This document shows positions 1 to 12,297 of a stretch of DNA of 64,000 nucleotides, one piece after another (the stretch's first letter is position 1; each line of letters starts with the position of its first letter). This DNA is from Felis catus (lineage: Eukaryota). The stretch covers positions 98,520,001 to 98,584,000 of the forward strand of contig NC_058368.1 of NCBI RefSeq assembly GCF_018350175.1. Direction: 5' to 3'. Under the pieces are notes generated by a model, which was not told the origin of the DNA, did no database searches, and worked only from the letters and a program-made list of their open reading frames with translations. Position numbers and translations under genes: made by a program.

Positions 1-209
1 TTTTTAAATGTTTATTTACTTTTGAGAGAGAGACAGAGACAGAGCATAAGCAGGGGGGAGGCACAGAGAGAGAAAGAGACACAGAATCCGAAGCAGGCTT
101 CAGTCTCCAAGCTGTCAGCCCAGAGCCTGACGTGGGGCTCGAACTCATGGGTGGTGAGATCATGACCTGAGCTGAAGTCGGATGCTTAACTGAGCCACCC
201 AGGCGCCCC
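1..209 (-). mobile_element. Can-SINE (tail cut by window edge)
   Basis: Reverse complement of GGGGCGCCTGGGTGGCTCAG head at 190-209, (GA)n tract and TTTATTTA tail. Confidence 0.95.
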
Positions 210-344
210 ACAAAATATTAAATATAACATTCTATGATGATTTTGGACTGCTTTGAGAATCATGGGAATGAAAATAAAAATGGGATATTATTTAATTAGA
301 ATGGCAATTATTAAATGAATGATAATATGCAGAATTAGTTGACA

Positions 345-510
345 TATGGAAAACAGCACATTCTTATACAATGATGGCAGGATTATAAATTGAATAGCCT
401 TTGCAGAGGGCAACTTGGCATTATGAGTCAAGCCTTTAGAATGAACATATCCTTTCCTCAGTCATTCCTCTTCCAGAAATTTGACTTAATGAAATAATCA
501 CTTAAATGCA
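345..510 (+). mobile_element. ancient L1 (L1M-type) ORF2 3' fragment
   Basis: 'gattataaattgaatagcctttgcagagggcaacttggca...gtcattcctcttccagaaattt' resembles a degraded L1 3' ORF2 motif. Confidence 0.45.
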
Positions 511-1314
511 AATGGATGTGTTTGACTTCTTGTCATTTAGTGACCTACCTACAGAAGTGAAGAGGAGTTTAAGGCATAACTATTCATATTAGCCTTTTTC
601 ATGGTTACAGTTAATATTCTCAGTTGGCCTTTTTATTTGCGTGTTTAATGTATTGTGTTATTTTTGTGTATTTTATAAATCCTTAACGTGCATGATGTAC
701 AGATGCTTTCTGAAATAACTTTTAATACAAATACACACATGCACATACAAATACCCACCCCCCCACACACACACCATTTGTATTTATAGTTGTGGCCTTT
801 ATTAGAGAACCTAATATAAAGAAATATTTCAATAATATTTAATTAAACTTAAGTCAGTATTTCATCATAGGTATTGTATAAGAAGAACCTGTATGATTCA
901 TCTTTCAGGAATGCTTGTCTTATGAAATAAACCTTTCAGTTTTCTCCATAGTTCATATCTAGAGGCTATGTCTGTGGTATGCTTAATTAATTAATTTTGA
1001 TAGACGTTCATGTTTTGTATACAGATTTGCTTCATTTTATAGAAGCCCTCCCTCGGAGGATCTGAGATAAAACTGGAAGGAATTGCTGTTAAGTCCACTG
1101 TATCTGTCCTGAAAATCACCAGCACACAAGTACCTTTATTTTGCAAAGGTGTACAGGGGCATTTAAGTTAGAAATGTCTTCCTTTTAATTAGCTCCTCAC
1201 TGTATTTAAAAGTTTAATTTTCAGTTAAAGAAAGTCCAGAATGAGATTTTCCATCACTGCTCTTAGGCATTAACCTAATGGCTGTGGCATAATGATGCTT
1301 TTGATATATTTTTC

Positions 1315-1519
1315 TTTTTTTTAATGTTTATTTATTTTTGAGAGAGATAGAGCACAATCGGGGGGAAGGACAGAGAGCAAGAGACACAGAATCCGAAGCA
1401 GGCTCTGGGCTCTGAGCTATCAGCACAGAGCCCGACATGGGGCTTGAACCCTTGAACCATGAGATCATGACCTGAACCAAAATTGGACGCTTAACCAACT
1501 GAGTCAACCCAGGTGCCCC
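1315..1519 (-). mobile_element. Can-SINE
   Basis: Full head, body and tail; TSD GCTTTTGATAYATTTTTC at 1297-1314 and 1521-1538. Confidence 0.95.
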
Positions 1520-2205
1520 AGCTTTTGATACATTTTTCAAAGTAAGATTCAGAAGTAGCTGTCACATGCCATGCTGAAAATTCTATGTGAAAAGCGTGTT
1601 TGATTTGACTTACAGAAATGATCATTCCTGGTATGAATTAACAAATACCAACTTACAAAGGTAAAAAAAAATGCAAACAAACTTAATATAAAAACTCGTG
1701 TTAAACAAAATTGCAGGGGAAACATTATACAACGTTTGGCTTTTGTACTGGGTGAGATTTTAAATAAACATGATGTTTCATTTGCTTTGAACAAAAAAGG
1801 ATTTATTACTTTATGTATAAAGCATACAGTTTGGTAATTGTACACACATTTTCTTAGGAAAATATTGCAAATACACGTAATTGAGGATTAAAACCAAGGA
1901 TATCATTGCTGCATAGGTTGGAAAAGGTTTGTTTCCTAGAAATAAAATATTTTTCTTTAACAATACTATGAATGAAACCTGAAATATCCTGATGTCCTGA
2001 GACCAAAACACCTAAAGGCAGCAAAGATTTCAGATTGGAGAATGCTGTTACAGTACCCGTGAAGATAGAGATTTCTCACACCTTGGTTTACTATCTTTTA
2101 GAATAACTTTTAAAATGGTTATTGACCATTTGTGGTTTATTATTTTGTGAGTTTCTTGGTCAAAATTTGACAGCTTCTAAGTTGAATCTAAAATTCAACA
2201 AGCTT

Positions 2206-2346
2206 GGGGCACCTGTGTGGCTCAGTTGGTTAAGCATCTGACTCTTGATTTCAGCTCATGTCGTGATCTCACGGGTCATAAGTTCAAGCCCCATGTCAGC
2301 AGAGCCTGCTTAGGATTCTCTCTCTGCTCCTCCCCTGCTCATGCTT

Positions 2347-2393
<47 letters not shown>

Positions 2394-2413
2394 ATAAATA
2401 AGCCTAAAAAAAT
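2206..2413 (+). mobile_element. Can-SINE with internal deletion and long (CT)n
   Basis: GGGGCACCTGTGTGGCTCAG head, (CT)n, AATAAA tail, degenerate TSD aaaattcaacaagc/aaaatttgataagc. Confidence 0.93.
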
Positions 2414-3073
2414 AAAATTTGATAAGCGTATTCTGAATTCTTATGTTAGATGAAAGACTAAGAGAAGCTAAGATAAATTTAAAGAAGAATAAAGGTAGGG
2501 AATTTATTATGGAATTATAGTTTTTAAAAGTTTGTTACAAGTTCTGGAAAAAAAAACCAAACAAACCCTTAATTAGGTCAATAGGCAGAAGAGGGCACAG
2601 AGAAAGCCCCAGTTATCATGGGGGATTTTATAGGCCAGAAACCACATCTGGAGGGAAAGGTCTGACCTACTGAGTGAGTGCTTATGGGAAAAGTACCTGT
2701 TCATAGGGGGAAATACTAGATTTTTGTTGCACTCATATAGAAAAAAATCTGAAATGGGTTAAATAGCTAAGTGTGCCAAGTAAAATTATTAGGCCCTTAG
2801 AAGAAAATGAAGGGACATTAAGTTTATAGATTTAAGATTTGTAAGGAATTCATACAAAGGATAAAAGGAAAAACATGGAGAGATTTGATCATAATACACT
2901 TCACAGACTTTTATACACAAGATAATGCAAGACAAAGTTAAAAGACAAATTAAACCAGCGGTTCTTCGTTACTCAATACCTGGCAAAGGATTAGCATCTA
3001 GACTATACAAAGAAATGGTACAAATGACTAAGTAAGACAATCTAATGGGTAAAATTATCAAAAGATGTGAACA

Positions 3074-3290
3074 GGGGCACCTGGCTGGCTCAGTTGGTTA
3101 AGCGTCCGACTTCAGCTCAGGTCATGATCTCATGGCTGGTGAGTTCGAGCCTCACCTCGGGCTCTGTGCTGACAGCTCAGAGCCTGGAGCCTGCTTCCGA
3201 TTCTGTGTCTCCCTCTTTCTCTCTCCCCTGCCCCACTCATGCTCTGTCTCTTTTCTCAAAAATAAATAAAAACATTAAAGTTTTTTTTTT
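3074..3290 (+). mobile_element. Can-SINE
   Basis: Canonical head, body, (CT)n and A-tail. Confidence 0.95.
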
Positions 3291-3793
3291 AATGAGAACA
3301 GATAAAAGCTAATAAACTTATGGAAATACCCTCATTTGCCAAAAAGGAGCTGCAAATGTAAAAATTCATAAGATGCCCTTGTCATAATATTTTATCATTC
3401 TTCGTATATCATATTGTCACACATTTTGAAATATGACACTTTTAAGTGTTTTTGAGGATGTGAGACACCTTGTATATTCCTGGTGGTAGTAAATTGGTAC
3501 TACTTTGCCTAACAAAAGTGGGAATATTTAGTAAAATCAGAGATGCACACATAAATTCTGCATCCCATAATTTCTACCTCTAGATAGATTCATCTCAATA
3601 GACTAGGGGAAATCTAACACGTATGCATGAAGGATGTGTACAAGGAAGTTTACTGAACATTTCTGTATAACAGCAAAATATTGAAATTCATCTTTTTGAT
3701 TATAAACTGATGGATTAAAAATCTCAGGTAGATTCAAGTAATAGAAAGTTATTATACCAATTCACATGGATGAACCTTAAGAACAGTGTTGAG

Positions 3794-3997
3794 GGGGCGC
3801 CGAGGTGGCTCAGTCATTTGAGCAACTGACTTTGGCTTGGTCATGATCTTGCAGTTTGTGGGTTCAAGCTCTGCGTTGGGCTCTTTGCTGACTGACAGTG
3901 CTGAGCCTGAAGCCAGCTTCAGATTCTGTGTCTCCTGCTCTCTCTGCCCTTCCCGTCCTCACACTCTCTATCTCTCAAAAATAAATAAACATTAAGA
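3794..3997 (+). mobile_element. Can-SINE
   Basis: Canonical; TSD aagaacagtgttgag/aagaaaaagtgttgag. Confidence 0.95.
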
Positions 3998-4356
3998 AAA
4001 AGTGTTGAGTGAGGAAAAAAGCAAGCCATCTCTTATGGGAAATGCTACAAAGATCAAATCATGTATTGATGAAAACACACAGGTGTAGAGAATGTATAAA
4101 AACATGGATGGAAAGAGGAATCATCAGCATAAACAAAGTTTTTTACCTCTGGAAAGGGAAGGGCTGGGGAGTTACATCAATAAAGGTACAAATGTAGTTA
4201 CAATTACATAATTAATAAGATTTTAATTAGACAACCTGGAACAAATATGTTACAATGTTAACATTTATTAAGTGTAATATTAGTCTTTAATTTTTAAATA
4301 TGTTTAAAACATTGCAAAATTTAAATGGATATAATTATAGAAAGGATATGGTTTCA

Positions 4357-4565
4357 GGGGCACCTGGGTGGCTCAGTTGGTTAAGTCCGACTTGGGCTCA
4401 GGTCATGATCTTGCAGTTCACGAGTTCAAGCCCCATATCAGGCTCTGTGCTGACAGCTCAGAACCTGGGGCTCCCTTTGGGTTCTATGTCTCCCTCTTTG
4501 CCCCTTCCCCACTCACACACTCTCTTTCTCTCTAAAAAATAAATAAACATTAAAAAATTTAAAAA
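4357..4565 (+). mobile_element. Can-SINE
   Basis: Canonical; TSD agaaaggatatgKtttca on both sides. Confidence 0.95.
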
Positions 4566-4653
4566 AGAAAGGATATGTTTTCAAAATTTAGAAATGTTAA
4601 GTAAGTGATATATCATAATGTAATTATTCTCTAATGCTCATGAAGGTACTCTT

Positions 4654-4865
4654 TTTTTTTTTTTTGGATGTTTATTTATTTTTGAAAGAGAGACAGAGCA
4701 TGACCAGGGGAGGGGCAGAGAGAGAGGTAGACACAGAATCTGAAGCAGGCTCCAGGCTTTGAGCTGTCGGCACAGAGCCCAACACGGGGCTCAAACCCAC
4801 GAACTGTGAGATCATGACCTGAGTTGAAGTTGGACGCTTAACCGACTGAGCCTCCCAGGAGCCCC
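4654..4865 (-). mobile_element. Can-SINE
   Basis: Canonical; perfect TSD atgaaggtactctt at 4640-4653 and 4866-4879. Confidence 0.96.
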
Positions 4866-4898
4866 ATGAAGGTACTCTTAATACAATCTAAGAGTTCT

Positions 4899-5126
4899 TT
4901 TTTTTTTTTTTTAATTTTTTTTTCAACGTTTATTTATTTTTGGGACAGAGAGAGACAGAGCATGAATGGGGGAGGGGCAGAGAGAGAGGGAGACACAGAA
5001 TTGGAAACAGGCTCCAGGCTCTGAGCCATCAGCCCAGAGCCCGACGCGGGGCTCGAACTCACGGACCGCGAGATCGTGACCTGGCTGAAGTCAGACGCTT
5101 AACCGACTGCGCCACCCAGGCGCGCC
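4899..5126 (-). mobile_element. young felid SINE (SINEC_Fc-type)
   Basis: CpG-rich 'cacggaccgcgagatcgtgacctggctgaag', long poly-T, TSD gagttctttttt. Confidence 0.96.
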
Positions 5127-5654
5127 GAGTTCTTTTTTTAAATAGAGAAAAAATATTTTTTCTTTGAAAACTTTGTCAGGCTTGTCTTATGTTTGCTCTC
5201 TCATCCTTACCAAAGATCTACTTTTAGAAAGGATCTGATTAGTTACTCATATCATAATATAAAAAAAACTAAGTAAAATCTGTTATCTCTTCCTATGCCA
5301 TTTGCATCTCCCAAGAGAAATTACAATTTTGATTACTATCAAAGGAATGGCAAGCATAAGTAGAGAGGGGATAGGATTGTTTTTGTAGTGTCATTAATGT
5401 TCCCAAACTAATTATTTCACATTAGAAGTATTCCACTGTAGGTAGGAATGAGATACCCTATATTCTACCAGGGAAAAAAACCAGTACCTCACATACCTTA
5501 GCAGTGTAGCCAAAATGCATAAATCATTTTTGTTTTAGTTAGAAGTTCCATTAACCTCACATTCCAAAACATAATGATTATTTATAATTAAGAGGAAGAA
5601 TGATATTTGATTATTGCAATTCAAAGACAAATAAACTTTATATTCAAACAAACT

Positions 5655-7060
5655 TTTTCAAGTTTTTATTTAAATCCCACTTTAGTTAATCCCCTTAGTT
5701 AATCCCATACAGTGTAATATTAATTTCAGGGTTACAATATAGTGATTTAACAATTCCATACAACACCCAATGCTCATCGCAACAAGTGCACTTGTAAATC
5801 CCCATCACCTATTTCACAGTTCCCCTTATCCCCTCATTTCTCCCTTCCCTCTGGTAGCCATCAGTTTGTTCTCTACAGTTAAAATTCTGTTTCTTGGTTT
5901 GCCTCTCTTTCTCTCTCTCTCTTTTGCCCTTTGATCATTTTTTTCTTAAATTCCACATATGAGTGAAATCATATGGTGTTTATCTCTCTCTGACTTATTT
6001 TGCTTAGCACAATACTCTCTAGCTGCATTCATTTCATTGCAAATGCCAAAATTTTGTTCTTTCTTATAGCCGAGTAATATTCCATTGTATACATATACCA
6101 CATCTTTATCCATTCATCATTCGATGGGCACTTGGGCTGTTTTCATAATTTGGCTATTAGAGATAATGCTACTGTAGGCATTGCGGTGCATGTATCCCTT
6201 GCATTAGCATTTTTATATTCTTTGGGTAAATACCAAATTCTTTGGTGTGATTGCTGGATTATAGGGCACTTCTATTTTTAACTTTTTGAGGAAACTCCAT
6301 AATGTTTTCCAGAGTGACTGCACCAGTTTTCATTCCCACCAACAGTACAAGAGTGTTCCTTCTTCTCCACATCGTCACCAGCACCTGATGTTTCTTGTGT
6401 TGTTGATTTTAACTGTGCTGACAGGTATCATGTACTCACTGTAGTTCTGGTTTGTATTTCCCTGATGATGAATGATGTCGAGCATTTTTTCATGTGTCTA
6501 TTGGCCATCTGCATGTCTGCTTTGGAGAAATGTCTGTTCATGTCTTCTGCCCATTTTTAATTGGATTATTCATTTTTTGGGTGTTGAGTTTGAGAAATTC
6601 TTTATATATTTTGGATGCTAACCTTTTATGAAATATGTCATTTGCAAATAACTTCTCCCATTCCATAGACTGCCTTTTAGTTTTATTGATTGGTTCCTTC
6701 CTTATGCAGAAGATTTTTATTTTGAGGTAGTCCCAATTGCTTATTTTTGGTTTTGTTTCCCTTGCCTTAGGAGACATATCTAGAAGGAGTTTGCTATGGC
6801 TGATGTCAAAGACATTACTGCCTGTGCTGTCTTCTAGGATTTTATGGTTTCAGCTCTCACATTTAGGTCTTTCATCCATTTTGAGTTTATTTTTGTGTAT
6901 GGTGTAAGAAAGTGGTCCACTTTCATTCTTCTGCATGTACCGTTCAGTTTTCCCAACACTGTTTGTTGAAGAGACTGTCTTTTTCCCAGTGGATATTCTT
7001 TGATGGTTTGTCAAAGATTAACTGACCAATAATTGTGGGTTCATTTATGGGTTTTCTGTT
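5655..7060 (-). mobile_element. 5'-truncated carnivore L1 (ORF2 C-terminus plus 3'UTR)
   Basis: ORF 6538-6777(-) 'WDYLKIKIFC...WEKLFANDIFHKRLASKIYKEF' is L1 ORF2p C-terminal; carnivore-type 3'UTR; weak TSD caRacaaact. Confidence 0.93.
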
Positions 7061-7779
7061 CCAGACAAACTATATTTTAACTCTACATATGGGCACGTAG
7101 TTGGTGGATTTAGAAGGCATATGCTGAGATTAGAATCTCTATAGGTTTAAATCCATTTGTTTAACAGTAGAAATAGCTGTTCTTTTTAGAGTGAGTCACC
7201 AAATTGGTTGCTTTTCTTTGACTCACTTTCTAAAGCTATTTAGGATCACACTAACTTTAGAATAAAAGAGTGACAAGAAAGAGTACCACGGGCTCTAGGT
7301 CAGTTAGACAGCTACCATATGATGGTGAGTTCTGCTGTTGTGGAAGACTCCACATCTTTACCTGACTTTTTCTCCAGTGGAAATCTGAAATTAATGAAGA
7401 CACCATGTTTCTGCCCTGAACATGTCTCCCTATTAGGAGCTACCTGTTATAATGGTCCCATTTCACTTAGGGGAAGACAGATACTTAGGAAGGATGACCT
7501 AGGATCTCCATATCAGTTGATAAAATATTAAAATCCTTCCATATTGACTCTTCTACTTCTGATGTTCACACATACCAGCAAATAAAAGGTTAATGCACAG
7601 TAAATGTCTTCAAGAGTTACCTATTTGGATTGGCATCTGAGTTTTTAAATCTTAAATATTTTATTGTCACCTCTGCTTGGGGACTAGGTCTGCACCTTAA
7701 AGGCTGAAAGGAAACACTTTCATATTCCCCTGCCTTCCCCCCAACCACATTCACACAAAGGCATACATGTGGAAGAGAG

Positions 7780-8190
7780 TAATGTGTAGAATGGGCTATA
7801 TTTAATGTTTATTAAGGGATGCTTTGACATCAATACCTCTTGCTATGAAGAGAAGTGAGCTAGATGGTACAAAAAGAGAAGGTGAGGTGTAATACCAGCC
7901 AGCAACAGCCTTAGCTGACACCAAGGGGAGGTCTCTGTGAGCTCAAGTAATCCATCATAGATGTGCCTCATTAGGAAAAAATGTGCAGGCTTTTATAGCC
8001 GTCTTCGTCAGTCGCTCAAGTGCGCTGACTCGGAAAGGGCATGATCTGGGGTGAGTTTTCTCTAGGCAACTGAGGCAGTCCCCACAGGATCTGGCAGCTA
8101 AAGGGTTTCTGCTGTCAAGACTCCCAGTAAGAGATGCAGCAACGCTTCTTTGAAGATACATCAATGCCTTTCCTGTGCCCTTCGCCAATC
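7780..8190 (-). mobile_element. ERV-L LTR (LTR16-like), solo
   Basis: 'tttattaagggatgctttgacatcaatacct', 'gcttttatagcc', 'gcaactgaggcagtcccc...gactcccag' match the recalled LTR16 reverse consensus. Confidence 0.6.
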
Positions 8191-8744
8191 AGTGCCGTGC
8201 TTTATGACACCGCTGAATAAAGATTAATAGACTTCAGGATCGTTTTTGTTTGTTTGTTTTTAAACAATGAACTGAAATCAAATTTTTGAAACTGGAATAT
8301 CTTTTATTCTAGTATATGCGCAATATATTCCATTAGGGCTTCCATAGAAATTAGGCATTATTGTATGTAGGATTAATATCTTCCTGTTATGTAATGGTTT
8401 TCTTTGCCCCTTTCTAAAATGGCATCCTTCTTTTACCTCTTGATTTCTCCTTCATTTTCTCCATGTTCTTTTTAAAGTTAGCCTCCTCTCAAAGAAGTAA
8501 AAAATAAATTCTGAAGAAAGTACTATCAGGGTCAATTTAATGTAGATTAAATAGAAGAGTGACCTTACGGACTTTCTAAGCCATTTGCAAATTCCTTGGC
8601 CATTGATGGCGTTTATATCAGGTTCAAACTTGAAGTTAAGTCGTATTGCTGAGTTTTCTCAACTTGCCTTGCTATCATTTTTTTTCCAGATGTTTCTGTA
8701 GATGAGAAACAAATGCCTAGGAAGATTCTAGGCATTGCCATCTG

Positions 8745-9370
8745 TGTGAGCCTTGCCTACATTGGAAACCAGAGCCCCAAGTAAAGCTCACGAGCTACAC
8801 TTTATTTGGGTGGTGCAATCCCAGGCTGCAGGCGTGAGGAAAACAGGACCATAGAGCAGGGAACCAATAAAAGTTACTGAGGACAGCCTCACAAGAAAAT
8901 ACAACTGATTTCTTGGTTACTCTGGATGTTGCCAGAGAAATTGTCAGAGGAGAGGAAATACAAGGAATTTATCTTCTTGATACTTCTAATCTCCTATTTC
9001 TGGCTTTTCGATGTATGCCCACACATATGCATTTCCCAGTAATTCTAGAGAACTTCATGTAGTCCCACCTAGCAGTCACTGAAGAAGCCGGATCCCTCTT
9101 CCCACAGCGGGATGCCTCATCTTCTGAATCTGGAACTTGCGACTAGGCACAAACTCTTCATAGCTCCACTGGTATTCTAGTGGAAGCTATGTGCAATCCT
9201 GGCCTTCCTCTCTGGGAAGGCTGAGGCAGCTATAGTTGTCAGGAAACAAGGCTAGTAGCACCCCGTGGGGCTACTGCACTGGCAAGCGAACTGGGCTGGA
9301 TTGAGCTGGTTTAGGGGTTGAGGGGTCACCACAGCTGATACACAGAGAAGGCCTGAGAAGCTTAGGGGAG
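8745..9370 (-). mobile_element. ERV-L LTR (LTR33-like), degraded; right boundary uncertain
   Basis: 'gaaaccagagcc...cactttatttgggtggtgcaatcccagg...gaatttatct' resembles LTR33A-type reverse consensus. Confidence 0.45.
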
Positions 9371-9559
9371 ACTGACTCTGGTTACACAAACAGTCCTGGC
9401 TGCACATGGCTGAACACAAATGGGAATATGCGCCGATTAGGCTCACTATAAACCAGTGGATGAAATGCCAAATGGTATCATGTCCATATGAATAAGAACA
9501 CCAGCCTTTATGAGTCCTCTCTTATTAACTCATAATAAAAATTGAGAATAGGGAAATCA

Positions 9560-9718
9560 CTTTGGAAATCATGAAGCCAAGTTTCCTCATCATTAAAGTG
9601 AAAGAAAGTACATAGTGACTTACTCGAAGTGAGAGGGAACGCTTGAGGTCAAAGACTAGAGCTTACATCTATAGATTGATAAGACAAGAATTTTATTCCC
9701 TGGACTATAGTGCCTCTC
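9560..9718 (-). mobile_element. MIR-family SINE relic
   Basis: 'cctcatcatt...gtgacttactcgaag...gactagagc...tgcctctc' follows the MIR core order. Confidence 0.4.
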
Positions 9719-9843
9719 CTTGTGTGTCCTGAAATCTTTAGATAAACGGATCCTAGTCAAAATGATAACCATCCAAACCAGCTTTTTAATAAAATTCGTA
9801 TGAAAGGAAATGAGCATAGAGGTAAATTATCATGTCTTCTCCG

Positions 9844-10037
9844 TCTGCATGGTTCAGTCCATTGAGCATCCTACTCTTACTTTCGGCTTAGATCATGATC
9901 CCAGGGTCATGGGATTGAGTCCCACATGGGATCAAGTCCCACTGAGGCTCTGTGCTGAGTGTAGAGCCTGTTTAAGACTCTGTGTCTCTCTCTTTCTCTC
10001 TGCCCCTTTCCCCTGCTCACGCTCTCTCTTTCTCTAA

Positions 10038-10083
<46 letters not shown>

Positions 10084-10095
10084 TAATAAAAAAAG
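9844..10095 (+). mobile_element. Can-SINE with small internal duplication and (AAT)n tail
   Basis: Body with duplicated 'tgggattgagtcccaca/tgggatcaagtcccact'; (AAT)n at about 10038-10088. Confidence 0.9.
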
Positions 10096-10430
10096 ACTAA
10101 AAGAATTTTTAAAAATTAAAAAAATGGTTCAAGTCTTAGAGATATTAAGTGGGTTTCCAGTGTAGTAAATGGTGGTATCAAGATGAAACCCATTTCTGTC
10201 TATCACTAGTAGGTTCTACTACTTTCTCTGATATTTACAAGTTAGAAAAGTCACATTGAAGTTCAGAGTTTGTTAAACTCACATAGGAGTTGTCTCCCTG
10301 CAAGAGGGTTTCTTGGTTGCAATGACATTGCTTTCCTATTTTTTTCTCAAAAGGATTTAAAAAATCTTCATTATTTTTAAGTGAGTTAAACGTTTCCCCA
10401 AAATAAGTATCTTTAAAGGAAACCAATACT

Positions 10431-10675
10431 GGGGCTCCTGGGTGTCTTAGTTGGTCAAATGTCCAACTTTGGCTCAGGTCATGACCTGGCGATTCCTGGG
10501 TTCAAGCCCTGCGTCGGGCTCTGTGCTGACAGCTCAAAGCCTGGAACCTGCTTCAGATTCTGTGTCTCCCTCTCTCTCTGCCCCTCCCAAGCTTGTGCTC
10601 TGTCTGTCTCTCTTTCTCTCTCTTTCTGAAAAACAAATAAACATTAAAAAAAAAACGAAAAAAAAAAAAAAAAAC
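10431..10675 (+). mobile_element. Can-SINE
   Basis: Canonical head, body and long A-tail. Confidence 0.95.
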
Positions 10676-11114
10676 CAAGGTCTTCTGATGCCCCAAAATG
10701 CAATCCAGCCAGTTGCCTTACAGTAGTGAGGTGGTTTTCCACCATGTGAATACTGGCAGTGACCTTACAGGTGTCCCACATCATGGAATTCTTAACAAAG
10801 GGTTGATGGACTTCTCCTCGAAGAGATGATATGATGTGCATCCACTGATAAGATGTGCAAAACAGTGTACACGTGCTCATTTTCATGGGAAGAAGTTTGT
10901 CAGTTGCTCAAAAAATGTCTGTTAAAGCTGGAAAGAGTGATGGGGGTAGGGAGGAGAGGAAGAGAGAGGGAGAAAAGGAAGAGGAGGAGCAGAGAAAGAA
11001 AAAGGCCTTATTGACCTGCCTCATTTTACCCAGGAGGAAATAGAGGCTTACAGGTGTGCCAGCGTTTCTGGGTTCATAAGATGCATGAGTGGCAGGACTG
11101 GGATTAAATTACTG

Positions 11115-11334
11115 TTTTTATTTTTAAGTTTATTTTTAATTATTTTGAGAGAGAGAGAGAGAGAGAGAGAGCGAGCTAGTGGGGGAAGGGCAAAGAAAGA
11201 GGGAGTCAGAATCCCAAGCAGGCTCCACACTATCAGTGCTGAACCCAATGCAGGACTCAAACTCAGGATCTATGAGATCCTATCCTGAGTCGAAATCAAG
11301 AGTCAGGTACTTAACTGAGCCACCCACGTGCCCC
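11115..11334 (-). mobile_element. Can-SINE
   Basis: Canonical; TSD ttaaattactg on both sides. Confidence 0.94.
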
Positions 11335-12221
11335 TTAAATTACTGGTTTTTGACTGTAGGTCCAGTGTAGTTCCCACTGATGGAAAGAAACCTTCCCAAG
11401 AGGTTTCTTGGACAGTTAACTTTTTTTTTTTTTGTCTTTCCAGAAGATCCAAGAGTTAGAAACAAAAAAGTATGAAATTTTTATTCTTTTCTTTAAAGAG
11501 AGCTTACAGGTCAGATGTCTGTATTTTTATAAGACAGAGAAGTGAAAACCCAAGAGGCTTTCTCAAGATGGCAGTCACTTAATGACAGTTCTTATCTGCA
11601 CCCTGCACCCTCAGTCTTTCCCACTCCTACTACTATGTGTTATTATTGTGTCTGAGAAGGTGAAGAATGAGAGGAAATTAATAGAAAGCATATATATGTC
11701 AGTTGCACATTGACAAACGCAACATTTATAAACTCATTCTATTCTTAAATTGCATTTTCTTCAGAAGAGAAAGGCAGCACGAGAAAAATAATTCTATACA
11801 TCTTTGAAATATTGATGTTTTTTAACTTGAAAGTAATTTGTGGGTGTCTCTGACGTCTCCTTAAACATGACCTTCTTATGTCAAAGATACAGTGAAGAAG
11901 CAAGTTGTTATCTCTAGCCTAAGTATGAATAACAGCGTAGAAACTACCTAGCCAACTTGTTAATTAACTTGTACTATACATGTGTCCTCAAATTTGTAAG
12001 TACGTTTTTATCCTTTCACACGGATTTTTTTTTTTGTTGTGGTGGTTTTTGTTTTTTAGTCTCAGTAACAATTCTGGTTTCAAAGAACATTCCAGCCATC
12101 TCTGTAAAGGTACAAACCCAGTCTTTGCAGGATTGGTGTCTTATCAGGGAATGCTTGTGGACTGGTAAGGTTTCTCGAGTTTTTCTGAGTCCTTGGCTTG
12201 TGCTTTCTTTCGGGATAAACT

Positions 12222-12234
12222 CCCCCCCCCCCCC

Positions 12235-12282
<48 letters not shown>

Positions 12283-12297
12283 CTCTCTCTCTCTCTT
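12222..12297. repeat. compound microsatellite C(n)-(CA)n-(CT)n
   Basis: Directly visible. Confidence 0.97.

Larger units (their letters stand above)
2417..4330 (+). mobile_element. ancient L1 (L1M/L1ME-type) ORF2 to 3'UTR relic interrupted by SINEs
   Basis: Degraded L1 motifs, e.g. 'ggcaaaggattagcatctagactatacaaagaa' (DKGLISRIYKE-like), 'ctggtggtagtaaattggtac', 'acatggatgaaccttaagaacagtgttgag'. Confidence 0.6.

Noticed and set aside
1030..1135. Exon-like GC-richer patch after ttttatag
   Set aside because: Weak donor, and no recognisable peptide on either strand.
1328..1540. Recurrent ORFs containing 'AQVMISWF...GSVLTAQSLEPASDSVSPSLS'
   Set aside because: All are translations of Can-SINE bodies.
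4940..5167. Arg-rich ORF MGQRETEHE...RARRGARTHGPRDRD, repeated at 59147-59344
   Set aside because: Antisense reading of young SINEC_Fc copies, not a gene family.
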